The translations under genes and the position numbers were made by a program. From NCBI GenBank assembly GCA_964016885.1, contig OZ024740.1, positions 380,184,001-380,248,000 on the forward strand: a DNA stretch of 64,000 nucleotides, written 5' to 3'. Position 1 is the first letter of the stretch. Each line of letters opens with the position of its first letter. Under the pieces are notes generated by a model. The model was not told the DNA's origin and searched no databases. It saw only the letters and a program-made list of their open reading frames with translations. This document shows, in pieces, positions 1 through 17,572 of this stretch. This DNA is from Eledone cirrhosa (lineage: Eukaryota).

Positions 1-30
1 TGGCCGGCTTTGCCAAATTCAAATAAAATA

Positions 31-555
31 GAAAATTTCACTCAACATGGCTGAATACAATAAATGCAATCTGAGTTTTTCGAATATTAATAATTGTTTC
101 TACTTTAGGCACAAGGCCAGCAATTACCCAGTACATTACTGGTACTTTATTTTATCGACCCCGTAAGGATGAAAGGCAAAGTTAACCTCATATTAATAAT
201 AACATTCGATTCGTTTGCAATTATGCAAACAAGCCTCAATTATATAGCCATGTCAGTAGAATGAACAGTCCCTGTGTATTTTTGAAAATAGCATATATTT
301 TCACTAGCTCTGAAAGTTTGGCAGGTGAACAGTGAGCTGTACTGATGAAGGGTGATACCCAAAAACATTAGTGTCTGCAGTTCTGTTCGCATGCCAACAC
401 CAGTGCAAGAATGAAGTGTTCATTCTACTGACATGGCTATAAAATTGAGGCTTGTTTGCATAATTGCAAACGAATCGAATGTTATTATTAATTATTAATA
501 TTCGAAAAACTCAGATTACATTTATTGTATTCAGCCATGTAGAGCGAAATTTTCT
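31..555. repeat. Fold-back inverted repeat (arms ~31-267 and 417-555), left arm interrupted by a SINE fragment
   Basis: 31-94 plus 191-267 is the near-exact reverse complement of 417-555 (e.g. catggctgaatacaataaatg / catttattgtattcagccatg). Confidence 0.85.
88..190 (-). mobile_element. 3' fragment of the tRNA-derived SINE
   Basis: ttgtttctactttaggcacaaggccagcaatt...atcgaccccgtaaggatgaaaggcaaagttaacctc matches the fuller copies at 23365-23560 and 52800-53240. Confidence 0.85.
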
Positions 556-777
556 TTATATATATATATAAGTATGTATGTACATATATATATATGTATA
601 TATATATGTGTGTGTGTGTAGGGGAAATAAATATTAACCAATTATTACAAGTATGAGTACAGCTCAATGTAAAAAAATAACAAATATAATACAGAGCCGA
701 AATACTTTAAAGTATATATATATATAAAAGGTAAACAGAAATAACAACACAATCGGTACAGTATAGCAGGAAGAGGG

Positions 778-813
778 TCTTTACGTTTCGGACGCTAGTC
801 CTTCATCAGAAGA
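778..813 (-). ncRNA. Minimal type I hammerhead ribozyme (Penelope-like-element type)
   Basis: Minus strand reads TCTT CTGATGA A GGAC-TAGC-GTCC GAAA C GTA AAGA: intact core, 4-bp stem II, palindromic ACGT in place of stem III, stem I TCTT/AAGA. Confidence 0.75.
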
Positions 814-925
814 AAGAATGAGAAATAAAATAGATTGAAGGGACGGGGGGGGGGAACATCTCTTGGAAAACTGTTGCTGCTGGCGTTTTGAGTATGATTT
901 ATTTTTTTTGGAAAAGTGGATGATG

Positions 926-995
<70 letters not shown>

Positions 996-1679
996 ATTCG
1001 AATTTGATTTCTCGCTCTCACATAGAGGGTTACATAAATGTATTTATGAGTTTCATATAGAATAATTATAATAATATTCGATTCGTTTTTAAGGAAACAG
1101 CCTCATTATGCTATGTGTTTTGATGACTACCGTCATCCGTTCGTTCTACCAGTAGCATTGAGAAACAGTCAATATGTTTCTGGGTTATTGTCCTTTGTCA
1201 AGACTGTATCGTTCTGATATTAATTTTAACTGTTGAAAATATATGATATTTTTTAATGTATACAGGCTGATTAAACTCATTTGCATACCGAAAATTAAAA
1301 ACAAAATTAGAATTTGCTTTCTCGCTCTCACATAGCGGGTTACATAAACATATTTATGGGTTTTATATAATCCAGAAACATGTTCACTATTTCTCGATAC
1401 TATAGCTAGAATGAACGGATAACATAAAATAACATAGCGCAATGAAGCTGTTTGCTTGCTTACGAATAAAATATTATTATTATTCGATGTATTTGTGAAT
1501 ATGTACTTCCAGTTTGTTAGGCATGTATACAGCACAGCTTTACCCTTCGCCGCTGTTTTTTTAAATGAAACGTTCTCTGTTATCTGTTCAGGGTATAAGA
1601 ATTTCATGTGAATTTGATTATTATGGACGTGGCTTGCACAGAACCACGCCCACCCTTCAAACAAAACCATCAAGAAAAA

Positions 1680-1928
1680 CCGATGGCCCTATATAGTTTG
1701 GGACTAACAGCACTGATTCATCTTCAGGTTTACTACCAGAATCTCCCTCTTATAGTAAATTTTGGGATGGTCACTTTGAGTGGTTTTGTTTTACCAGCCA
1801 CAATATGTCCAAAATCCACCCTACTCATGAAGCTACCTTCATGTGGTTGCCAGTGGGCGGCGACCTGACCACGAAACAGGTTGTACTGGGTTACATGTTA
1901 CCAGTAGCACTCGAGAGTGACCTGATGT
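1680..1928 (-). mobile_element. Short structured retroelement-derived repeat (related to 45168-45358)
   Basis: Shares acaggttgtactgggttacatgttaccagtagcactcgagagtgacc and tgtccaaaatc..ccct.ctca with 45168-45358; abuts (TACA)n. Confidence 0.6.
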
Positions 1929-1985
1929 TAAAAAAAAACATACATACATAAGTACATACATACATACATACATACATATATACAT

Positions 1986-4900
1986 AAATGGCGACCGTTG
2001 TGGTCAGTGTCCGATAATCGGACGTGTGTAATTACGGCTTACATAAAGGCAACATACCATATATTGGAAAAAGTTGAGCTACAATTCGCGGTAAGATTAC
2101 ATACAATAATTCTACATAAGTGTTTGAACTGTAAGTGTGTTGAAAAACACCTATTTATATGAACGATACATACACTTATGATATATGAACGATACATACA
2201 CTTTAACATATAAATGCAACGTTGTTATATTACATTTATAAAGAAATATACAAGTAACGTTTTCGATTCAGAAACAAAAACATAAGTGTTTGAACTGTGA
2301 ATATGTTGTGAATAAGTTGTAGAACACCTATTTATATGAATGATACATAAACTTTAACATATAAATACAGCGTTGTTATATTATATTACATTCATAAAGA
2401 AATATACTAAGTAACGTTTCTATTTGTTCTCGATTCAAACGATTCAAGAACAACGTTTAAAACACAGTTGTAGAATTAAAAACTAACTGAAAAGAAATAT
2501 TACCCAAGCTGTGAATAACTTTAAATTTGATTCTGACAGAACTTTGTCGAAAATTTTAAAGAAGATCATCGACTATTTTGAAAAATAAATACGAAATATT
2601 AGTAAATAGACGAACTCATCATGGCAAAAAGTACAAGTCTCCTTCGACCAAATAGCAACTACAACCGTTGTATACAGTGGAGCTACGAGATTAACAAAGT
2701 ATTATATGAAGCATACAAACAATCTGAACCCCCAAAGTTCGGTTTTATGCAAAGGCTAAAAACTTTATGGAACTCCAAACACCCAGAATTAGACTTTTCT
2801 CCAAAGCATTTAAATGAACAGGCAAAACGTATCATTAGATGTAAATTGATACATCTAATGGAATTGAGTGATACTACAAATACAGCCCTTGTAGACAACC
2901 ACCCCACCTCCACTGACAGACAAAGAGAATGGCCAGCTAAATCTAACAGTGAACAGCTCACCAACAATTTTGCTGAAATCCATCCCACTTCCACTGAAGA
3001 ACAGCGAGAAAGGTCAGCTGACTCTAGTAGTAATTGTCACCACATCAACAACGAGGCTGAAATTCATGACTCTACTGAACAAACAGAGCACCAAAAACTT
3101 GTGGGCACCCTACAAGTGATATGGGACGATATGTTTCAAGAGATACACAGCCTTAATGTGAGTGACAGACCATACAACACTAGAGTCAGTAAAGAACCCA
3201 CTAAATTGGAATTGGAAGCGGTGAACGAAATAGCTGGCAATTATCTGAAGACTATACGATCTAAAGGTGCAGAAACGACATTTGAAACGCTTAATGTTTT
3301 GTTATATGTTTCAGCTGTCACATTGCTATCATATAACACACATCTAAAACCACGCAATCAAGATACAAACAGAAAGCCTGAACCAGCGTGGATGCGAAAT
3401 TTAAAAAACAAAATTTTGTCCCTGAGACAAAGTATCTCACACATCGCAGTCGTTATGAAATGCAACATAGAGAGCAACTTCACACGACACCAGGAAGACC
3501 TAAAAAAAAAGTTAGAGAGACGATTTGGAGATACAAAATTTAAAACTTTGAACTCCAAATTACACCAGTTGAAACAACAACTCACAGCTACAACAGAAAG
3601 ACTAAAATATAAGTCAACAGCACATAAACGACAAGTGCTAAATAGATTGTTTGCCAGAGATCCTAAATAAGTTTATCGCAGCTTCGGTGGCAAAAGCTCA
3701 ATCCCTGTAAACGTCACCCCTTCAAAATAACAGGTTGAGAGCTACTGGAGATCTGTATGGGAAACGGATGACGGATTCAACAGACAAGCTAATTGGCTAA
3801 AAGAACTGGAACAGGACTACTGCCAACATGTCCAGACAAAACAATATGACATAGATGGGTCAATACTGGAAACAGCTCTACACAAAATGTCGAATAGGAA
3901 ATCGCCAGGCCCAGAGCTCATTACAGGATACTGGTTGAAGAATTTCACTTTCTATCGGCAAGATCTCATACGGCTGTTTACAGAAACCATTAAGGGCACA
4001 CAAGAACTGCCCAGATGGTTATCAACTGCCACTACTCTCCTCATTCCCAAAAATAGCCAAACCACCCTTGCTAAAAATTACCGCCCAATTGCCTGCCAAA
4101 ACATCATGTATAAATTATATACTGGGTGCCTTAACCTGTTCTTACAGGATCACTGTGCTACCAACAACATCATAACACCTGAGCAAGCTGGTGGAAAGAG
4201 GGAGGTGTGGGGTTGCATAGATCACCTACAAACTAACAAAATGATTCAGGAAAAAACAACAAAGAATCGCAGAAACATGACTGTCGTGTGGCTGGACTAT
4301 CAAAAAGCATTTGATAGTGTACCTCATGGGTGTATTATTAAGGCTTTACAGTTAGCTAAAGTCCCACAACCATTGGTAGCTGCTGTTGAACGCCTGACCA
4401 AGAACTGGTACACCAATTTGATCCTTAGAGGTGAGGAGGAGCAGGTTAAGACTGATAAGATACATTACCAGAAGGACATCTTTCAGGGTGATAGCTTGTC
4501 AGTGCTACTCTTCGTTCTCTCACTGAATCCACTATCTTACCTACTCAGGAAACAAGATGGACAAAGAAGTGGACCCAGAAGTATCTCCCATCTTTTCTTT
4601 GTTGATGACCTGAAGTTGTATGGGCCAAATATCAATGACATCAAGAAACAATTGGACTTCATTACACAATTTTCAACCGACATCAAAATGAAATTTGGTG
4701 AGTCCAAGTGTGCACATTTGGCAGTAAAACGTGGAAGAGCTATGCCCTCGTCTAGAAATCTAGAGATGAACGGCCTGACAATACAACCTCTGCAGTCAGG
4801 TGACAACTACAGATATCTTGGACAGGATGAGAATGTCAAATATGATGGACCCATAAATAAGGAGAGAACCAGAACTGAATACCTCAGAAGAGTAAAGAAA

Positions 4901-6205
4901 ATATGGTCATCAGAACTGTCAGCATACAACAAATACATTGCCCACAATACTTATGCTGTGCCAATTCTAACGCCAACATTTGGCCTACTGAACTGGTCAT
5001 TGCAAGAACTAAGTGAGATGGATGTTAGAACTCGAAAACTTCTCAGTGTTACTGGGAACTTTAACATCAATGGTGATGTGGATAGGCTATAATTCTCACG
5101 CAAGGAAGGTGGCCGGGTTCTAAAATCAATATTAACAACATATGAGACCCGGATAGTAACACTGAAGCAACACCTTCAACAGAGGAAAAAGGTTGGCAAC
5201 CATCTTGCCTAGGTTTATGAGCATGAAAAAAGAAATATCATTAGAATAGCGACTGATCTGGAGGAATAAAGCCTGATATAAATCTCTCACCCAGAGAAAT
5301 CGGAAGATCCTATTCAATGTTCAAACAAGATAAAAAAAAATTGACCAATTTACAGAAAAAGTTGTGCATGGATACTTGGGACGTAAAACACAGACCATAG
5401 AGGGGATAAACCACTCAAAAAGCCTGGCATGGAGTTCCGACAAGTTTATGACATCACACCTTGAGGAATATCTCTATGCAATACAGGAACAAGAACTCCC
5501 TACCAAATATCTGCTGCACAAAAGAGGAGAGCCAGCAGCTGACAATAAATGTAGGCTATGTAAAACAAAGATCGAGGATGTAAGCCACATTGTTGCCAGC
5601 TGCGAAAGAATGTCATCTCGCTACTACCTCCCCATGAGACACGATGGGATAGCTAGAACCATCTGGAACGCACTTCGGAAAACAAAATTAACAACAAACG
5701 AGGAAGAATATATTGAGATAGATGGCACTAAGGAATACTGGTGGAACCTGAAAATAAAAACTGCCACCAAATTAAAGCATAACCGGCCTGATATTGTTGT
5801 TTGGGACCACACATTGAAAACGTGTTCTGTTGTGGAGATCAGCTGCCCACTTGATGTAAACGTTGTCAGAAAAATACAGGAGAAGGAGGACATCTACGGA
5901 CCATTGATGAGGAGTTTACAAATCCAGTATCCAAGATACACCTTTAGCTTCATACCCATCATTATTGGAGCTACGGGTTATATACCAACCCGCTTGGAGC
6001 AAAGTATGACTGAACTTGGATTTGCGGACAAAAAGCGCAGCTCCCTAATTCATAGTCTACAAATGGCTGCGATAGCTGGCACCTTCAAAATATGCAAAAC
6101 ATTCTTGCGATTCAAGGGATGACAATTTCTTTTCTTTTACAACCTTGCCACCAGGAAGGTGGCCGGTCAAAAAATATACTCGAAATTAAGAGAAAGAGAT
6201 AACAT
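1986..6205 (+). mobile_element. R4/Dong-clade non-LTR retrotransposon (RT + CCHC + restriction-like endonuclease), near full length
   Basis: Broken single ORF with RT, zinc-knuckle and PD-(D/E)xK motifs; (TACA)n on both sides. Confidence 0.85.
2621..6122 (+). pseudogene. Disrupted R4/Dong polyprotein
   Basis: KSPGP, YRPIAC, WLDYQKAFDSV, FQGDSLS, HLFFVDDLKLY, YRYLG, CRLC..EDVSHIVASC, RHD, HNRPDIVVWD..EISCP; stops at ~3670, ~3730, ~5092 and frameshifts near 5200-5360. Confidence 0.9.
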
Positions 6206-6611
6206 ATCTACATACGTACATACATACATACATAAATACAAACATACATACATACATACATACGTACATACGTACATACATACTTACATACATACATACC
6301 TACATACATACATTCATAAATACATACATACATACCTACATACGTACATACATACTTACATACATACATAAATACTTACATACACACATACATACATACG
6401 TACATACGTACATACATACTTACACACATACATACCTACCTACATACATACATCCATACGTACATACGTACATACATACTTACATACGTACATACATACA
6501 TACATACATACATACATACATACATACATACATACCTACATACATATATACATACCTGCATACATACCTACATACATACATACATACCTACATACATACA
6601 TACATACCTAC
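6206..6611. repeat. (TACA)n microsatellite between the Dong 3' end and the RTE 3' end
   Basis: Direct reading. Confidence 0.95.
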
Positions 6612-12000
<5,389 letters not shown>

Positions 12001-12598
12001 GATGTTTACACGTGGTGGCCATAGTATTAAACTATGCATCAAAACAAACATATTGAAGAGACTCTAAATTTTATCTCCAAATATAGAAAATAATATTGCT
12101 ATTAATAATAATAATAATAATAATGGTATGTAAAAAAGAAAGAAAAATAGAGAACGATAGAAAGAAAGACAGAAAAAAAGAAAGACGTCGGAAATGAATG
12201 TTGGTGTCATGTAAAGAATGAATGGTTCATGGAAAGGATCGGCTCCTGTCCATAGAGAAAGAAGCAGTTTATAAATAACAGTTATGTTTCCATAAATAGC
12301 AACTAGGAAGAAACGCAACGGTTTGACGTCATTGACCAGCTTTCGGTAGGAATTGGTCGATATTTCTTCGCACAAGCAACTAACAGGCACTATATTCAGT
12401 TAAATTATTATGTGTTGAGTAGGAAACGTTTCACTAATTCAGATGTGGTCATTCAATGTCTGTATGGTTATGTATCTGTCTGTTTGTCTGTTTGCTTGTA
12501 CGATGTTCTTTCTTCAGTGAATACGAGAAAAGAATATATTATTGTTGTTGTTGTTGTTGTTGTCATAATAATAATTATTATTATTGCTTATTATTATT

Positions 12599-12735
12599 AT
12601 CCCGCCAAGGACAGCTTTGCCTTTCATCCATACGGGATCGATAAGATAAAGTACCAGTAATGCACTGGTGTCAATTTAATCGACTTTTCCCCCTCCCCTT
12701 CACAATGCTGGCCTTGAGCCTAAAGTAGAAACAAT

Positions 12736-12737
<2 letters not shown>
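12599..12737 (+). mobile_element. 5'-truncated tRNA-derived SINE followed by (GTT)n
   Basis: gctttgcctttcatcc..cgataagataaagtaccagtaatgcactgg...gctggccttgagcctaaagtagaaacaatt. Confidence 0.85.
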
Positions 12738-12803
<66 letters not shown>

Positions 12804-13073
12804 GATGATGTTTTTGTTGTATTTTTTGTTTCATTTTGATGTTTCAGTATAAAATAACTTTGATTTTCTCTATGGTGAATAACATAAATCATGAGATATG
12901 ATTCTGAATGGCGAAGACTGTGATGTAGTTTCAGTTTCTAGATGTAAGCATTTTCATTTTACGTCAACCTCTAGAAACGGCATGGACGACACAACATCTT
13001 AATGTTTCTCTTTCCATGAACATAGGAGGGCATACATACATACACTGTGCAAGCTGTTTATATATGTATGTAT

Positions 13074-13530
13074 GCGCGAAGACATGGATATACACCGTTT
13101 GGTGTCCAAGCGTGTAGTTAGTCCCCCGCAAGTGCAAGACCTCTGGTTCTTGTTAGGTCATCACTCGAGGAGAAAGAAAATACTGATGTTAAACCTGCGA
13201 CCCGATGACAGCCAATGATGTTAACCCGTACTTCTTTTTGGATAGCTGTCACCATTGAGGAATGGAACTGGTCCGTTGTAACTGCTTTTTTTTACTTAAA
13301 AAAGCTTCGAATAAGTTCAGGCGTCAGTTCATTAAATATCATCGTTGCATGGCCATGGCTGGTTGAAAATGAAAAAGACCTACTTATTTACTTTTTCCTT
13401 TGTCTTTCGCTGCAGCATATGAAAAAAGTAATGTAAGTCACTGGCAGGGCTAAAATGTCATGTTCGTGCCGCCCGTACATAAAAAAGGATCAAGTGATGG
13501 CAATTCTCGAAGTGGAGGGACAGCCATTAT
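13074..13530 (+). mobile_element. Diverged ORF-less element resembling the RTE 5' UTR joined to its 3' terminal motif
   Basis: ggagaaagaaaatactgatgttaaacctgcg...atgatgtt resembles 17300-17375; ends gatggcaattctcgaagtggagggacagccattatg plus TATG repeats. Confidence 0.6.
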
Positions 13531-13578
13531 GTGTGTATAAATGTATGAATGCATAAACGTATGTATGTATATATGTAT

Positions 13579-15190
13579 GGATTTTCTTCTGGTTTTATAA
13601 TTTCACAATTTTTTGCCAATAGAGAGTGAGATTCGGTTTCTAACATATTTCATTGGAATTTACACAACATCAACTAGGTAGATATCTTTTCGACGGTGTT
13701 TTAGCCACTACATCATGCCTCATAGCTACATGACATCTTTGGACAGCTGCTTATGACATGAGTGACATCTTCCATGGTAATTCTGCAAAGTCTGCTCTTG
13801 TTGTCACATCCAGGCATTTTACCTGCATCCCTATCTCTTTTGTGAATCAGGTATTTTGTGTAGATTTCCAGTTCTTGGATTTCAAAAGCATATCCTTCAA
13901 TGTGGGAGCCGATATAGCGGTTGTTGGTCCAAGATAAAATACTTTGCTTATCTATATTACTCTCATGCTGGAGCGTCCTGACAACATATCGATGCATGAT
14001 TATTTGCTGATAAGCATGCACAATTTCATCTATGGATTCGCTGCGGTATTACCTGGCAACTTCCCTGGGTGTGAGTTTTTGATTATCATGAAGGGAGTAT
14101 ATTTAAAGGAGTTCCTTCCCAACTCTCATAATCTTATCTGTCTCATGCAGACAAACTTGCTCAATAGATGGACTCCTACGCTTGGAGGTTCGTAAATGTT
14201 TTCGGAGGGATATGATGCGACACTCAAATGTTTTCTGGACCGATTTTAGGCCTCTGCCTCCCTGCTTACGTTTCAAGTCTATATCACTGTTGATATGGAA
14301 GTTTCCGGTGGTGTTTAGAATTTTTCGAGTTTTAACATCAATTGCTCGGATTTCGTCTATCGTTCACTCGAGTATTCGAAACATTGGTGTCAGGACAGGC
14401 ACAGCAAACACATTGTGAGCCACTGTTTTACCATAGAGTTGACCATATTTTTCTTAATCGGGTGTAATATTCCCTGGTTACGCGTTCCTTATTACAATTA
14501 TCATTATAGGTTACATTCTCATCTATCCCAGGTATCTGTAGCAGTCCTCGTCAGATATCGGTGAAACAGTTAGGCCATTGATAAAAATGTTGTTAGATTG
14601 GGTTGTAGTTTTTCCCCGCTTTACAATCGTATATGAACATTTATCTTGGCCAAACTCCATTTCTCTATCCTTTGAGAACGTTGTAACCTGGTCGAGATTT
14701 TATTTCATCCCATTTATATTCTTGGTATAGAGTTTCGGTTCATCCACAAAGAAATTATGGGTTAAATTCGTATTTCTTTCCTCCTGTGAACTAATGATGT
14801 ATCCTTTACATTTCTTGAGCAAAAAGGACAAGGAGGTTAATGACAGGATAAATAGCAGCACAGAGAGACTGTCTCCTTGAAATATACCCCTGTGATATTC
14901 TATTTTATTTCCTTCTCTGTTTTTAACTTTAGGATAGTAGCCCAAGAAGACAGCTTCTTTATGGCTCTGATAATAATGTCTGGGACTTTAGCAAGTCGGA
15001 GGGTCTCTATCATCCAAGAGTGGGAAACAGAATCAAATGCTTTTCTGTAGTCCATATCCCTCCTAAGTTGTCGAACCCCCGACATCGCAGTTTTGTTAAT
15101 TAGTTCTTCAGCACACACCCAAACACCTTTCTTTCCAGCTGCTTGTTCATCTGTGATGATGTCATTACTGTTGCATGTGACATAACTCAG
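13579..15190 (-). pseudogene. Degraded, deleted R4/Dong retrotransposon
   Basis: EQAAGKKGVW, DYRKAFDSVSH, GIFQGDSLSVLLF, THNFFVD, SHIEGYAFEIQE..TKYL, RLC..EDVTHVISSC; homologous to 3887-5650; 3' end runs into (CATA)n. Confidence 0.85.
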
Positions 15191-15974
15191 CCCACGGTCA
15201 GTTTCATCCACTCCAGTACTGGAGTGGTTTATATTCTATCAGTCTTAGAACGATGAAGGATAAATTCAACCTCCGTGGAATCTGAGCTACGAACATTGAA
15301 AGTGGTAGCTTAATACGCGCTGACGATTCTACCTATATATTACATTTAGTGTCATTAGATATCTAGCAGTATTATTACAATTTTCCATTATTGGTCCAAA
15401 GTGGACCAGGTACGACTTCGTTTTCAATTCTTAGAATTGAGTCTCTAAAATAAACATCAACCATATACTAGGGTGATTCCATTTGATATCAACCAGCACT
15501 TGAGTAACTATAAAGCATTTCAATATTGTGTTTCTCAACAGTTGATATATTCTGATCATTTTTTGGTATGTAGATAATATCAGATCTACATAATTTTGTG
15601 TATAAGTACATCATCATATATATTCAAGTACAAAATATCTAGAATGGCACTTAGTATGTCATTGAATCACCATGTAATTGAATCTTTTGTTTTTGATCAC
15701 TTAATGAAATTTAATGTATTAGCATAATGCTATTTCTTAATGAGACACCTGTATTTATCGTTATAAACAACAAATTATAGCTATCAATTTTGTGTACATT
15801 CACCGTAGATTTTCCTTTCTGCAAGAGTTGTATTTATTTACATGATTTTTAAAATCTTATCTACTCCGTTGCACCATTTTTCGTTTTCCCTACCACAAGG
15901 TGTTATCAGTTTATAATTTTATTAAATTATACATATTTACTTTTACTTACTTAAATATGGAATGTTACGCGATG

Positions 15975-16150
15975 CCCCCCCCCCCCCATCCCCGGCGTAC
16001 TGGATGGAGAAGGCGTTTCCCCGGAGGACGGCAAGGGAGACGCCCTGGCAAAGCCACTCCAACTCGCGGGGTGCACACCTGCTGCGGCTGGCCAGCTCAG
16101 CGCCTATGGTGGTGAGTATGGAGGTAGCCCTAGGGCCGAAGACACCAGGT
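15975..16150 (-). mobile_element. 3' fragment of a CRE-type RLE retrotransposon
   Basis: GVFGPRATSILTTIG...WLCQGVSLAVLRGNAFSI; homologous to 26910-27060. Confidence 0.7.
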
Positions 16151-17020
16151 TGTTGTTCCAGTGTAGCAGGCTGCAATGGTTTTCTCTGTTCATGTTTATT
16201 TTCAGTCTGCAGATAGATTCAGTCCTTATTACACCTTTCTTATCTTTGGTTTGGGGAACAGTTTTTAATATAAATTCCTTCCATATAAAGTGAGCTGACG
16301 CAGTACAAAACAACTATCTGTATTCGTCGGAGGCCAAAGAATATACATCATTATAGCATCTTTCGTAGGCGAAGAAATGTAAACTGAGATTTTGCAGGAA
16401 GCCAATGATGGATAATAACTTCTTCTAAAATATAAATTACTTTTCTTTTTAAATGTGTTTGCCTACAGGCGTTTCTGTCATGCTATTAATTAAGCATTTC
16501 AAAGTTGTATGCTTCAACATTTAATGTAAGAAACCTACGACGTGATTTCTTTATCTGATATGTATGTATGTATGTTCTCTCTTTCTCTTAATTTCGAGTA
16601 TATTTTTGACCGGCCACCTTCCTGTATGTATGTATGTATGTATGTATCTATGGGGAAGGGGAAAAAAAAAAAAAAAAGAAAGGAAAAAAAAACCCCTCAA
16701 AATAACAAAACACACACACACAACACAACAACAACATCAACTGCCACCACCACCGCCACCGCCGCCGCCATCACCATCACCAGCGACCGGGCCTTAAGAA
16801 AACAACTTTAATAATAATTTTTCTGCTTTTGGCACGGATCCAGCGACTGGCCCAGCGCATCGCTGGTACTCTCTTTTATTGACTCCGTGTAGAGCCATAA
16901 CTCTATGCTGTAAAGCAATTATAGTAATACTGGACTGTAATACGATCGGCTTCAACTATACAAACTCTTGAAAGTCAACAGTTGACATAATCTTGTAATC
17001 TTGTATCAGTAATGACGGTA

Positions 17021-17051
<31 letters not shown>

Positions 17052-17203
17052 AGTGTGTGTGCGTGTAAGTGAGTAGAGTAGCGTGTGTGTGTGTTTGTTG
17101 TATGTATGAGTGTTGCTGTGCGCGCGCATATGTATGCGTGTGTGTGTATGTCGTACGTATAAGTGTCAATAAGTGATTTTTTTTTTTTTTTTTTTTTTTT
17201 TTT

Positions 17204-17541
17204 GCGCGCGGGGACGTAGAAATAATCGGGCTGGATGCCCGATCGCGCAGTTAAACCACTGGGAGTGAAGAACCCCTAGCCCTTGTCAGGGCATTCTTCT
17301 AGGAGAAGGCATCTCAGGAAACTGGGTTAACTCCGATATAAAACCTGCGGCTCAGTAGTTACCGATGATGTTGATCTTTTCTTCTTTTCGAGTTATAGCT
17401 ACTGTCGCTCAGAGAGTGGATTGGCTCAGTGCACAGTCTTTCCTCACTTTAAAAATATTCGTCACGCACAGGCATTGCAGGAGTGCATTAATAATTATTA
17501 ATAGTGTACTATTATTATTATTATTATTATTACTATTATTA

Positions 17542-17572
<31 letters not shown>

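Noticed and set aside
1185-1673. 162-aa minus-strand ORF
   Set aside because: Overlaps AT-rich repeats and has no recognisable motif.
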